53,950 nt of DNA from Candidatus Thorarchaeota archaeon (lineage in GTDB: Archaea > Asgardarchaeota > Thorarchaeia > Thorarchaeales > Thorarchaeaceae): NCBI GenBank assembly GCA_048882045.1, contig JBHLRZ010000005.1:65223-119172 (forward strand), in the 5' to 3' direction. The notes beneath the pieces are model-generated. The model was not told the origin of the DNA, ran no database searches, and saw nothing but the letters and a program-made list of their open reading frames with translations. The translations under genes were made by a program, and so were the position numbers. Of the stretch, positions 37,384 through 47,355 are shown in pieces; position 1 is the stretch's first letter; the number at the start of each line of letters is the position of its first letter.

Positions 37384-39654
37384 TCATTTAGAATTGACAA
37401 CTTTGATCTTGGGTAACCAGACTACAAATTCAATTCCTTCGTTGGGTTTTCCCTCCACTCTGTCCCTTGTACCAATTTGTCCATCATATTTGTCACAGAT
37501 CTGCTTCGCCTGATGCAACCCTACTCCACCATACCTTCTGGTCACATCAAAGATCGAGGTTCGTAGTGATTCGGTGATACCATGACCATTATCACCAATT
37601 GCTATCTCATATCCATCCCCTTCCTCGCTTAGTCTTACCCAGACTTTTTTCTCGGCATTCGGATTGTGCTCCACTGCGTTTTCAATCAAGTTAGAAAGCA
37701 TCTGTTCCAGATATTGATCTGCATTGACAATTGCATCTTTGGCTTCAAAGGATATTTCAAAATCCACTTCATGATGTAGCTTTTCTTGTTTTTCTATTAG
37801 TGTTTGAATTGCTGACTTCAGTTTTCTTGGTCGTAGTGGAACAGACATCAGAGTTTCTGTCACCTTCACTTTTGAGATCATGCTCTGGCATCTCTCCACT
37901 GCAGATGTGATCTGCTCAAGAAGTCTCCTTGTTTCGGAATCAACGAGTTTTGCCTCCATGACCATTGAACTCCCCAGAATGATCTGAAGTTGGTTTCGAA
38001 AATCATGACTCATTAGATCGAGATATAACATTGCCCTTTCTTTCTGTGTCTGGATATGTCTTTCAGCCTCGAGTCGGTCTGTCACATTGATTGCTACAAG
38101 CTGAAGTGCTGGTACTCCTTCAAACTCGACTCGTCGCCCAAACATCTCAAGGAATTGCATGTCACCATCCTTTTGGAAGACACGTATCACCATAGGAATT
38201 GAACGGGGTTCATCGCCAGCCATGAGTTCCTGTAGTCGAACCATCACCGCTTCCCAGTCATCTGAATGAACCATCCTTTGAATGTCTGCTGCAGTGAACT
38301 CGAGAACCTCTGCTACGGTGTGTTCAAGGAAATTGGCAAAGGATGGATTCACGAATTTTACTTGTAAGGGCACAGGGTTGATGATCATAATGCCTTGGAA
38401 TGATTGGTCAATAAGGGTTCTATATTTCGCCTCTGAGGTTCTCAGAGCCTTTTCAGCTGCTCTTCTCTCCTCAATGTTTCGTGCCACTCCCAAAATGCCT
38501 GTCGGTTTTCCTTCTTCGTCACGCATGAAAGTCCGTGCAACCTCGACCCAGACAGTAGAACCATCCTTCTTCTTTAACTGAATGGTTAGTGGAGGTGACT
38601 CTCCTCTCGTCTGTGTCTGGTCAGAAATCTTCTCCTCTTCAAGTGCAATCTTTACAGCTTCAATCGCCACCCAAACTGATTCCGGTGACATTAGCTCAAT
38701 TAACGAAGTTTCTAAGAGTTCGTCTGCCTTATATCCTAACAAAAGCTCTGTTGATGGACTCACATATGTGACGTTCAATTCCAAGTCTGAGGTGAAGATT
38801 ACGTCTGTTACATTCTCAGCTAGCAATCTGTAGCGATGCTCGCTGTCTAGAAGGGCAGCCTCTGTGAGTCTCTCTTCTGTCCGCTCTAAAATCTGACTTA
38901 GATATCCCTTGAGACTACCTCCATTCTCAAGTCCCAATGGAGTGGTCCATGTATCTAAAACTACTGTCCCCTCTCTAGTAGTTTCATAAAGCCCGTCCTC
39001 TGTGACTGTATCGAAATCGAAGAGGCTCTCATATTGCACCGCTTCGCCTCTGATCAGTTTCGCTTTCATGTCATTTGGAACGTTTGGGTCATCGAACAAA
39101 CTAAAACCTATGACACTCTCCCGATCAGAAATTCCAAAGATGTCCAAAGCCGCCTGATTTATTGTAATGAGAACTCCCTCTTCACTGAAGAGCTCGATTC
39201 CCAGCTGGGACTCGTCGAATATACGTCGCATCATTTCAGTGCTTTCCTCTAAGGCCATCCGCGATTCCTTAAGCTCAGAAATGTCTGTGATTACTGCAAA
39301 CGAGCCACTATGCCTTCCGCTTTCATCTATTATTGGTGCGCCTGAAACGATTGTGGGGACTTTATTGCCTGTGCTTGTTGTCCATACCAATTCATACTGG
39401 GTTGCTTCACCTTCAGTTCTCTTTCTGATGTTCTCTCGAACGATCTTTCTGTTTATTTCATCGACGAAATTGATTAGAGGTCTTCCCACGATCTCGGTAG
39501 GAGAATATTCCAACATCTTGGCGAGCTTCGCATTGACATAAATGAAAACACCAGTATCATCAATGATGCCTAGTCCGTCATTCATGGTTTCAACTATTGC
39601 TCTGTATCTGAAGGCTTCCTCTTCTTGACTTATCTCATCATGGGAGTTTTCCAT
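37384..39654 (-). CDS. Soluble multi-PAS (4 PAS) histidine kinase
   Basis: Four PAS/PAC repeats, H-box MSHDFRNQL, N-box NLIENAVEH, DNGHGI and GVGL. ATG at 39654 preferred over the ORF-track start. Confidence 0.9.
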   Translation of the reverse strand: MENSHDEISQEEEAFRYRAIVETMNDGLGIIDDTGVFIYVNAKLAKMLEYSPTEIVGRPLINFVDEINRKIVRENIRKRTEGEATQYELVWTTSTGNKVPTIVSGAPIIDESGRHSGSFAVITDISELKESRMALEESTEMMRRIFDESQLGIELFSEEGVLITINQAALDIFGISDRESVIGFSLFDDPNVPNDMKAKLIRGEAVQYESLFDFDTVTEDGLYETTREGTVVLDTWTTPLGLENGGSLKGYLSQILERTEERLTEAALLDSEHRYRLLAENVTDVIFTSDLELNVTYVSPSTELLLGYKADELLETSLIELMSPESVWVAIEAVKIALEEEKISDQTQTRGESPPLTIQLKKKDGSTVWVEVARTFMRDEEGKPTGILGVARNIEERRAAEKALRTSEAKYRTLIDQSFQGIMIINPVPLQVKFVNPSFANFLEHTVAEVLEFTAADIQRMVHSDDWEAVMVRLQELMAGDEPRSIPMVIRVFQKDGDMQFLEMFGRRVEFEGVPALQLVAINVTDRLEAERHIQTQKERAMLYLDLMSHDFRNQLQIILGSSMVMEAKLVDSETRRLLEQITSAVERCQSMISKVKVTETLMSVPLRPRKLKSAIQTLIEKQEKLHHEVDFEISFEAKDAIVNADQYLEQMLSNLIENAVEHNPNAEKKVWVRLSEEGDGYEIAIGDNGHGITESLRTSIFDVTRRYGGVGLHQAKQICDKYDGQIGTRDRVEGKPNEGIEFVVWLPKIKVVNSK

Positions 39655-39722
39655 TTGCGGTCTCACTCGGAACTCATTTACAAGTGTTAGACAATGAAAC
39701 CTGAAATTCCATATAGGATTCA

Positions 39723-40418
39723 CTAGGATGTACTGAAGAGTTCCTTCGTAACTCTGGCTATCTTGGCTTCGCCCCAACCACTGATTCTCCCAAGAAGCCG
39801 ATGAGGTAAATGGACGAGCTTCTTCCCATTGTGTCTGTTTACACCCTCATACACCGAAGCGGCTGCTATCACTTCTGGCGCTTCCTCACATCCGAATGAG
39901 GGATTTCTAATTAAGGCTAATGCCTCTGCCTCAACACTCGAAAGCCACATGTCGATAGTTTCTGACTCCACATCAAGAGCTCCCCTGATCTTAGAGAGTA
40001 TTGTAGGTATGAGTGATGATGGTGTGTCATTGTCTGTTATATCGATTGCAGTCAGCTTTCTTATGTCGAGATGAGTTCGATTGTCAAAGAATCGTTTCCA
40101 GACTTTCTGTATCCTATGGACTGACAGATCTGTCGCCTCTTTGAATCTGGTGAAGACAATCGTTATAGCTGTCCTACTCTCAAAGTGTAAGAATGAGTCA
40201 TACAGTGCAGCAGACGCTACTGCTAGTGGATGCAGTGCTCGAGTTTCGTTTGGTTTGAGTTGTCGAACGAGCTCTCTTGCTGTCTCTTCGATCTCTGGAA
40301 ACCATGGAGTAAGCTGTGAAACCTCTTCGTCTGAAAGAACTGATTCGAGTAGACTTATGGCCTGTACAACATAGTCCTCCTTCTCTAGGGTTTCCCTCTT
40401 GCTCTGTATGACCGACAT
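39723..40418 (-). CDS. Tandem cyclin-fold / TFIIB-core-like protein lacking the N-terminal Zn ribbon
   Basis: Two repeats with TFB-like helices HPLAVASAALY and APEVIAAASVY, each followed by an HTH-like end. No CxxC ribbon. ATG 40418 has a GGAG RBS. Confidence 0.65.
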   Translation of the reverse strand: MSVIQSKRETLEKEDYVVQAISLLESVLSDEEVSQLTPWFPEIEETARELVRQLKPNETRALHPLAVASAALYDSFLHFESRTAITIVFTRFKEATDLSVHRIQKVWKRFFDNRTHLDIRKLTAIDITDNDTPSSLIPTILSKIRGALDVESETIDMWLSSVEAEALALIRNPSFGCEEAPEVIAAASVYEGVNRHNGKKLVHLPHRLLGRISGWGEAKIARVTKELFSTS

Positions 40419-40735
40419 GATTCCGTCTCCTTGTGTATGACTTGCAGAAATCAATGAAAGCGGTTTTGCCTCTTCAGGATGAGCATTGAATACACTGAGT
40501 TTAGTGCGAAAAGGTGTATGCGTATTTGGTATGAGTAAAAAAATCGAAAAAAGCGATTTTGGATAGAAAACAGGGTTTTGGTGTTTTTACTTCTATCACT
40601 TGGTGCTGTTTTTGCAATGTGGGATACTTGGCGATTACGTTCGGTCATCTCCCTGAGACGGAAGTTTCTGTTTGATAGAATGATATGTTTTGGAAACTGC
40701 TAATGGCAGACAACGAGAAACTATACGTGTAGTAG

Positions 40736-41830
40736 ATGACACGCTGGATAATGCATGTCGACATCGATGCGATGTTTGCATCCGTCGAACAATACAGGAA
40801 CCACCCAGAGCTAGCTGGAAAACCAGTCTGTGTTGGGCATGATCCAAAGGGCGGAAAGGGGAGGGGTGTTGTGAGAGCCGCATCATATGAAGCACGAGCG
40901 AAGGGTGTCTACGCAGGAATGCCTGTGTCTCAAGCATATCGACTCTGTCCTGATGCTGTATTTGTGCAAGGCGAGTTTGAGAGCTATGGAGTAGCCTCAG
41001 ACGAGTTCATGGAGCTCTTAAGAGAACATGCTGACGGTGGGCGGATTAGAAGAGCAAGTATCGATGAAGCTTACATCGAGGTCACTGAGGCGGTGAAGCT
41101 CTTTGGCGGACCCCACAAGGTGGCATCGATGATACAGGAGTCCATCTGGGAGAGTGCTAGGTTACCCTGTTCGATTGGTGCTGCGCCAAACATGGCAGTC
41201 GCCAAGGTCGCCACAGGAATGAACAAACCTAGGGGCATTACAATCGTACATCCTGAAGAAGTTCTCAGATTTCTTGAGCCGCTTCCAGTTGATGTCATCA
41301 ATGGGATAGGGAAGAAGACAGCTGACCGTCTAACAAAGTTTGGAATTACCTCACTGGGCCAGATTCAACAGATGTCAATTCCAGAGTTGTGGCCAGCCAT
41401 GGGTCGGGGCTCAGGGTGGTTGTATCGAAGAGCCAGAGGAATAGATGAACGATCCATCATCGACAATGGTCCAAGAGTGAGAAAGTCCATCAGCAAGGAC
41501 CGGACCTTCATGGAGGACATCGAGCCTGATAACATTGAGTATCTTCATGAAACCCTCAAGAAAATGTGTGGAAGGATAGGGGACCGGTTGAGACAGAAAG
41601 CTCTCCGGTTCAAGACTGTCACCATCAAGATACGATATAACGATTACAGCACCATTCAGAGGAGTAAAACCATTCCTGTGGAGACAGACGAACAGGAGAT
41701 GTTGGAGCGATTGGCTCTGGAGATCTTTGACCAGAGGAGAGACCTAGAGAGATCTGTACGGTTGGTAGGCGTGAAAGTTTCCTCACTAAGTGAAGCGTCT
41801 GAGCAGCTATGTCTGACTGAGTTCCTTTAG
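40736..41830 (+). CDS. dinB: DNA polymerase IV (Y-family, DinB/Dpo4)
   Basis: HVDIDAMFASVEQ, AASYEAR, SIDEAY, GIGKKT, and the little-finger segment KTVTIKIRY...VRLVGV. Confidence 0.95.
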   Translation: MTRWIMHVDIDAMFASVEQYRNHPELAGKPVCVGHDPKGGKGRGVVRAASYEARAKGVYAGMPVSQAYRLCPDAVFVQGEFESYGVASDEFMELLREHADGGRIRRASIDEAYIEVTEAVKLFGGPHKVASMIQESIWESARLPCSIGAAPNMAVAKVATGMNKPRGITIVHPEEVLRFLEPLPVDVINGIGKKTADRLTKFGITSLGQIQQMSIPELWPAMGRGSGWLYRRARGIDERSIIDNGPRVRKSISKDRTFMEDIEPDNIEYLHETLKKMCGRIGDRLRQKALRFKTVTIKIRYNDYSTIQRSKTIPVETDEQEMLERLALEIFDQRRDLERSVRLVGVKVSSLSEASEQLCLTEFL

Positions 41831-42028
41831 TTTTCCCTCATCCACAGCAGTTACTGCCTCTTTCACTCTATTATTCAGTTTGTCAATGAGCCTAGCTATT
41901 TCCTCTAAATACTGAGGATTGCTCTCTTCTTCCAAGAGGGTTGCATATCCCATGATGTTGTGAGTTATTCCTGTTATGTCATGAGACAATTTGTGAATGA
42001 ATTCACTAGCAACAGTTTCTGAAATCAT
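41807..42028 (-). CDS. Stand-alone HisKA/DHp-like protein (73 aa)
   Basis: FIHKLSHDITGITHNIMGYATLLEEE is an H-box helix followed by a second helix, with no ATPase or sensor domain. GGGAG RBS before ATG 42028. Confidence 0.7.
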   Translation of the reverse strand: MISETVASEFIHKLSHDITGITHNIMGYATLLEEESNPQYLEEIARLIDKLNNRVKEAVTAVDEGKLKELSQT

Positions 42029-42118
42029 ACGAATGCTCTCCCTACAACCATGCTCGGATGAACCTAGCATTATCATATCCTCATCGTCAGTAATAGGTTT
42101 TCTCGTGGTTGGAACTGT

Positions 42119-42874
42119 ATGTATTTTAAAATGGTCGGATTTGCGATTAAATGGGGACTACTCACATTGAAACCTCCTGTGCGGAAAGCAATCCTTCTCA
42201 AGCGACCAAATCGCTTCCTGGGTATTGTAGATATTGATGGTGTTCACACTGAGGTCTTTATTCCGAATCCAGGTCGAATGCATGAGCTGATGGTTCCTGG
42301 CTATGAGGTGTTCATTCGAGAGAATCCAGCACCTCATCGAAAGACTAACTATGATATGGTTGGGCTCGAATACAACGGGGTTTTGGTTTCAATTGATTCC
42401 AACCTTCCCAATCGGTTCATCAAGAAGCTTCTGAACAATCATGAGCTTGTGTTTTTCAAAGACTACAAACAAGTCAAATCGGAACCTCGGGTATACGGGG
42501 GTAGGTTCGATTTCAAACTCGAAGGGCCCAGTGGGATTACGTTCATCGAGGTGAAATCCTGCACACTCATTGAAAATGGTAGAGCAATCTTCCCAGATGC
42601 TCCGACAAAAAGAGGTGCAAGACACCTTCGTCATTTAGCTGCATCTCTTCAGGACGGAACTGCATCACGAGCTGCAGTCCTATTCGTTATCCAGAGACCA
42701 GATGCATATGTCTTCTCTCCAAATGATCCGACTGATTCCGCGTTTGGTGATGCGCTTCGTTTTGCACACTCAAATGGAGTTGAGATCATTCCTCTCACCA
42801 CGGAAGTGGTCGATTGGGAGCTCAAACTATTGCAGAGAATCCCCATCGAACTCGATTATTATTTGGACAAATAG
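42119..42874 (+). CDS. sfsA: SfsA sugar fermentation stimulation protein (OB fold plus PD-(D/E)XK domain)
   Basis: RPNRF, IPNPGRMHEL, RFDF, FIEVKSCTL and FPDAPTKRGARHL. Confidence 0.95.
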   Translation: MYFKMVGFAIKWGLLTLKPPVRKAILLKRPNRFLGIVDIDGVHTEVFIPNPGRMHELMVPGYEVFIRENPAPHRKTNYDMVGLEYNGVLVSIDSNLPNRFIKKLLNNHELVFFKDYKQVKSEPRVYGGRFDFKLEGPSGITFIEVKSCTLIENGRAIFPDAPTKRGARHLRHLAASLQDGTASRAAVLFVIQRPDAYVFSPNDPTDSAFGDALRFAHSNGVEIIPLTTEVVDWELKLLQRIPIELDYYLDK

Positions 42875-42950
42875 TACGATGCTACGTAAACCAATAGGCT
42901 AAAAGGACGTCCGTCAGAATCCTGCCCTACAGGCGGGAGCGTAACCATCA

Positions 42951-43850
42951 ATGATTGATCGTGCAGAAATTGAACGGATGAAAGGTGATGAGCTAATCAA
43001 TTTGGCTCGCGTCTTGAACGTTCCTATCACTAAACGTACCATCCAAAGAAGCTGGCTTATAGATGAACTCATTGAAAAAATGCCCGAGTTCCCCTCCAAA
43101 CCCAAACTTAAGAATCCAGGTATCCTGTTGCAAGGTGTAACAAAGAACTTTGGGAAGTTATGTGCAGTCAAGAAACTAGATCTCGCAGTTCATCCAGGGG
43201 AAATTCTCGGACTTGTTGGGCCCAACGGAGCTGGGAAGACTACGACTCTAAGGATGCTATCCGGGATCATTCGTGCAACGAGTGGTGAAATCTATGTCAA
43301 TGGGTATAATATTCGCAAGGAGCCTATTAAGGCAAAAGCAAGCATTGGTTATATCCCTGAAAAACCAACATGCTATCCGAGTCTCACTGCACGAGAATAC
43401 ATCGCCTTCGTTTCGAGAGTATATGGAGTTCCACATGAGACTGCTCTGATTCGTACACGCAAGTTTGTTGACCTCTTTGACTTTGACGAATTCATCGATT
43501 CCTACATCGGAACCTTGTCAAAAGGAAACCTTCAACGAGCACTTCTAATTGGGATATTTGTTCGAGAACCGCCTTACATACTCGCATTAGATGAGCCAAT
43601 CTACGGACTCGATCCTAGAGGTGCATGGAATCTGAAGAAACATCTCAGAAGACTTCGAGATGAGGGTTCTGCAATTCTCATTTCAACTCATATTCTTGAG
43701 GTTGCAACAGACCTCTGCGATAGATTTGCAATTATGAACGAGGGAAATGTTGTAGGGCTAGGAACCTTGGAAAGTTTGATGGGACGATACCCAGATGCTA
43801 ATTCGCTTGAAGAGGTTTTTCTAGGTCTTACTGGAGGCATTCCTGAGTAG
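42951..43850 (+). CDS. ABC exporter ATP-binding protein with an extra N-terminal HeH/Rho-N-like helical domain
   Basis: GPNGAGKTT, LSKGNLQR and LDEP, preceded by a ~50-aa extension IERMKGDELINLARVLNVP...RSWLIDELIEK. Confidence 0.9.
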   Translation: MIDRAEIERMKGDELINLARVLNVPITKRTIQRSWLIDELIEKMPEFPSKPKLKNPGILLQGVTKNFGKLCAVKKLDLAVHPGEILGLVGPNGAGKTTTLRMLSGIIRATSGEIYVNGYNIRKEPIKAKASIGYIPEKPTCYPSLTAREYIAFVSRVYGVPHETALIRTRKFVDLFDFDEFIDSYIGTLSKGNLQRALLIGIFVREPPYILALDEPIYGLDPRGAWNLKKHLRRLRDEGSAILISTHILEVATDLCDRFAIMNEGNVVGLGTLESLMGRYPDANSLEEVFLGLTGGIPE

Positions 43851-45437
43851 GTGGTGCTGATGTCCACGTTCAAGCTTCTCAAGAATGAAGTTAGAATGTT
43901 GTACAATCAGTTCAAACAAGCAGTGACAGCTCCAAGCATGATCATGTTCTATTGCATCACTTTCTTTGGAATCCTATTTGTGAGCTCTGTCATTTCTAAT
44001 CTAGTAGCATTTGCTCCTTTACTTGGAAACTTGAGTCAACTGGTAGAAGAGAGTATCGATGTTTGGATGATCTACGCAGCAACAGCCGTCGTCAGTGCAT
44101 CTTCAGTTGTAAGTGGATACTTCGGGATAGGTCCTGCAGCAATTCTTACAGATCAGGATGAGGGCATATTGATGTCGATGCCAGTGAAACCCCACCAGCT
44201 CTTTCTCAGCCGCTATGGTAGACGTATCATTCGCAAGGTGACCTTCATAATCCTAGGACTCTTGGCAGTCCTCCCACTACTCAATTCCGCTGGATTGCTT
44301 TTCATGAATGCAATCACAGTACTAGTGATTGTAATTATTTTTCTTGAAACAAACTACCTACTTGGTGCTATCAGTTCATACGTGCGCCTCTGGGTGGCAA
44401 GAAGGACTCAACACCCACTCCGTCATGTCTGTGTAGTGGTCCTTGGGGTTATCACACTACTGCCTGCAACTCCCTGGTTGATAGAGAATTTCAGAGTAGT
44501 GTTGGTGGTTCCCTCCAATGCCCTTGCTCTCTCACTCACTGAGTATACTGGCCTATTCACTCAAGGAGTCAACCCTATTCTTGGTGTTATTCTTATAGTC
44601 ATTGATTTCGCGATTTGCCTACTTTTAATGGCGAATCTCACAGGTTATGAATACTATGAGGTTTTCTCTGCAATCAAAGGCAAGGAGCAGACAGAGGGTC
44701 GATTCAGTAAGGTGATTCGGGGAGACATCGATTTCTCAAACTCGCGATTCACAGATCCTATGATCTGGATCATGCTGAAGGACTTCTGGAGTCGTCTCCG
44801 ATCACCACTGCAGATCTGGAAGTATGTGTATGCTGCGTTTGGAACCGGATTTGTTCTCTATCTTAATATATTTCATCCAACTTGGTTCCCAACATTCAAC
44901 ATTCCTATAGAGCTAGCCTTTGCTGTCGTTCCAGCGTTCGTCCTCATGATGATACTGTTTATCCAGATGGGAAGTGTTACTGCCCTTCTGAGTTTCGTCG
45001 ACGAACGCGACAACGTGTATCTCCTCAAAAGCTCTCCTTTCCGGTCTCGTGACATAATTCTAGCAAAATACATACTGAGCCTCTTCGAGGTTTCAATCGC
45101 TGTTGTTCCAGCATGTGGTTTTCTGATTTACTTGCTTCACATAGAGGGATATCTGGCTATCATCACCCTCACAGGCCCACTCGTCTTACTTTTCACAGCC
45201 TCCGGGAATGCAGTTGGGGCATACGTGCCAGTCATGACAAATGATCCCAAAACACTCCCAGTCCCTCTCGCGTTTTCATTCCCCATCATCAATCTTGGTC
45301 TAGGTACAGTCATGGTGTACCTTGTTGCACTCTTCGCTGATAGCTGGATGGTGATGGTGCTTCTTCCTCTATACACTCTGAGCCTGATTTACTTCTTCCT
45401 TGCGGTATCAGTCCACGCTCTGAACACCTACAAGTAA
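43851..45437 (+). CDS. ABC-2-type exporter permease
   Basis: Multi-pass protein with LLKNEVR, IMLKDFWSRLR and LLKSSPF..RDIILAK. Start is GTG 43851 or ATG 43860. Confidence 0.85.
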   Translation: MVLMSTFKLLKNEVRMLYNQFKQAVTAPSMIMFYCITFFGILFVSSVISNLVAFAPLLGNLSQLVEESIDVWMIYAATAVVSASSVVSGYFGIGPAAILTDQDEGILMSMPVKPHQLFLSRYGRRIIRKVTFIILGLLAVLPLLNSAGLLFMNAITVLVIVIIFLETNYLLGAISSYVRLWVARRTQHPLRHVCVVVLGVITLLPATPWLIENFRVVLVVPSNALALSLTEYTGLFTQGVNPILGVILIVIDFAICLLLMANLTGYEYYEVFSAIKGKEQTEGRFSKVIRGDIDFSNSRFTDPMIWIMLKDFWSRLRSPLQIWKYVYAAFGTGFVLYLNIFHPTWFPTFNIPIELAFAVVPAFVLMMILFIQMGSVTALLSFVDERDNVYLLKSSPFRSRDIILAKYILSLFEVSIAVVPACGFLIYLLHIEGYLAIITLTGPLVLLFTASGNAVGAYVPVMTNDPKTLPVPLAFSFPIINLGLGTVMVYLVALFADSWMVMVLLPLYTLSLIYFFLAVSVHALNTYK

Positions 45438-45441
45438 TAAC

Positions 45442-47355
45442 TCAATCTTTTCTCACAAGTCTGAGTGCATTCGCAATGACAGCAAAGGTCAGTCCCATAT
45501 CTCCTACCAGAATGGCAAACCATAGATTCACAAGTCCCAAGGTCGCTAGGATTCCTGTTAGTAGTTTAAGAGATATCGAGATGCTTATGTTCTGACGTAC
45601 AATAGACATCGTCTTCTTTGCTTTCTTTATCAATATAGGAATCTTCCCAAGGTCTTGATCCATAAGTGCTACATCAGAGGTTTCCAAGGCTGCGTCTGAT
45701 GCGACTGCACCCATCGCGATGCCAACGGAAGCTGCAGCGAGAGCGGGAGCATCATTTATGCCATCGCCAACCATGAGTGTGGTGCCTTTGCTCTTGAGTT
45801 CGTTGATAGTATTCACTTTCTCATCAGGAAGCAAATCAGCTTTACATCTATCTATCCCAATCTCTTGTGCAATCTCTGTAGCAATGTCCTCACTATCTCC
45901 GGTGAGCATGATAGTTTCGATACCCATTTCTCGAAGTTCTTTGACTGAATCTTTAGCTCCGGGTCTTAATTTATCAGACAAAATGATTGTACCGAGATGT
46001 TCTCTCTCCTGAGCAACGTACACCATGGTCCCATATCCACAGTTGTGTTCCATCAATGAGTCGAGTGGAATCTGCTCATCATCAAGCAGACGACGGTTTC
46101 CTACCAAGAAATGTTTGTTTCCAATTTGGCCGCCTACACCCTTTCCAGGAATTGCAGTGAAGTCACCGGTTTCCGAGATGCTAATCTCTTCATTTTCCAA
46201 GCTTGCGACCAAGGCTCGAGCTATTGGATGTTCCGACTTCTGTTCAAGAGAAGCTGCTGCAGAGAGTATCTCGGCTCTGGTCGTGTCATTGTGTAGACAG
46301 ACATCTTTCACAGATAGCTCTCCCTCAGTAAGTGTACCAGTCTTGTCGAACGCCACGAAATCTGTCTTGGCCAGTTCCTCAATGTGAACTCCGCCTTTCA
46401 CGAGTACTCCGCTTCTGGCTGAACCCGCAATAGACGACACCATGCTCACTGGTATCGAAACCACGAATGCGCACGGGCAGCTAATTACTAAAAGGGTGAG
46501 TCCTCGATAAATGGCCTCATTGAGAGTTGCTCCTAGGACATACGTGAATAAGCCCAGTAGTATGGTGAGTGTTACCATTATCGGTGTATATACTCTGGAA
46601 AATCGAGAGATCAGCTTCTCTGTGGGTGCTTTCTTCTTCTTTGCCTCTTCTACCAGTGTGACGATTCTAGAAAGGACAGTATCATGGGTATCATGGGTAA
46701 CCTGGACCTCTATATATCCCTCATTATTGATTGTCCCTGCATATACCTGGTCGCCAATCACTTTAGTCACTGGTACTGACTCGCCAGTTATCGGGGCTTG
46801 ATTAACCGAGGTTGAGCCAGCTATGATTGCTCCATCTAAACCGATTCGAGACCCCGGTCGTACTATCAAGACGTCGCCTACTTGCACTTCAGTGGGAGGC
46901 ATGCACGCCTCTGCACCCTTCATCTTGATTGTAACAGTTGGCGGTTCTAGCTGTACTAGACTCTGAATCTCCTTCCTGACCTGATCCTCTGCTTTTTCCT
47001 CTAAAAGCATAGAAATGAAAAACAGAAACATCACCGCTGCTCCTTCAGCTGGTGCTCCGATTATCATCGCACCAATGGATGCAGAACTCATCAGGAAGTG
47101 CATGTCAAGTTTAAGCTTCAGCAGTCCTCTCACTCCACGTGGAATGATGAATTGACCAGCGGACAGCATTGACACAATGAAGACAATATAGATCCAGAGT
47201 ACGTCGAATGCCAGGATGCCCATGGCTAGTCCAAGCACAAGTGTAGACGCTGAGAGTAGAGCCATCTGATACTTGTACTTGCTTGACTTCACTGTTTCAG
47301 GACCTGTTGTTGCGCCACAAGTAGCACAGGTTGATTCTTCAGTCTCCAGCAACAT
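45442..47355 (-). CDS. Heavy-metal P1B-type ATPase (Zn/Cd/Pb; ZntA/CadA-like)
   Basis: N-terminal CATC, TGES, SCPC, DKTGT, SEHP, GDGINDAP, and C-terminal K and DMG residues typical of P1B-2. Confidence 0.95.
   Translation of the reverse strand: MLLETEESTCATCGATTGPETVKSSKYKYQMALLSASTLVLGLAMGILAFDVLWIYIVFIVSMLSAGQFIIPRGVRGLLKLKLDMHFLMSSASIGAMIIGAPAEGAAVMFLFFISMLLEEKAEDQVRKEIQSLVQLEPPTVTIKMKGAEACMPPTEVQVGDVLIVRPGSRIGLDGAIIAGSTSVNQAPITGESVPVTKVIGDQVYAGTINNEGYIEVQVTHDTHDTVLSRIVTLVEEAKKKKAPTEKLISRFSRVYTPIMVTLTILLGLFTYVLGATLNEAIYRGLTLLVISCPCAFVVSIPVSMVSSIAGSARSGVLVKGGVHIEELAKTDFVAFDKTGTLTEGELSVKDVCLHNDTTRAEILSAAASLEQKSEHPIARALVASLENEEISISETGDFTAIPGKGVGGQIGNKHFLVGNRRLLDDEQIPLDSLMEHNCGYGTMVYVAQEREHLGTIILSDKLRPGAKDSVKELREMGIETIMLTGDSEDIATEIAQEIGIDRCKADLLPDEKVNTINELKSKGTTLMVGDGINDAPALAAASVGIAMGAVASDAALETSDVALMDQDLGKIPILIKKAKKTMSIVRQNISISISLKLLTGILATLGLVNLWFAILVGDMGLTFAVIANALRLVRKD

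Noticed and set aside
39655-39777. N-terminal extension of the 4-PAS kinase in the ORF track
   Set aside because: It overlaps the upstream cyclin-fold gene. ATG 39654 directly precedes the first PAS domain.
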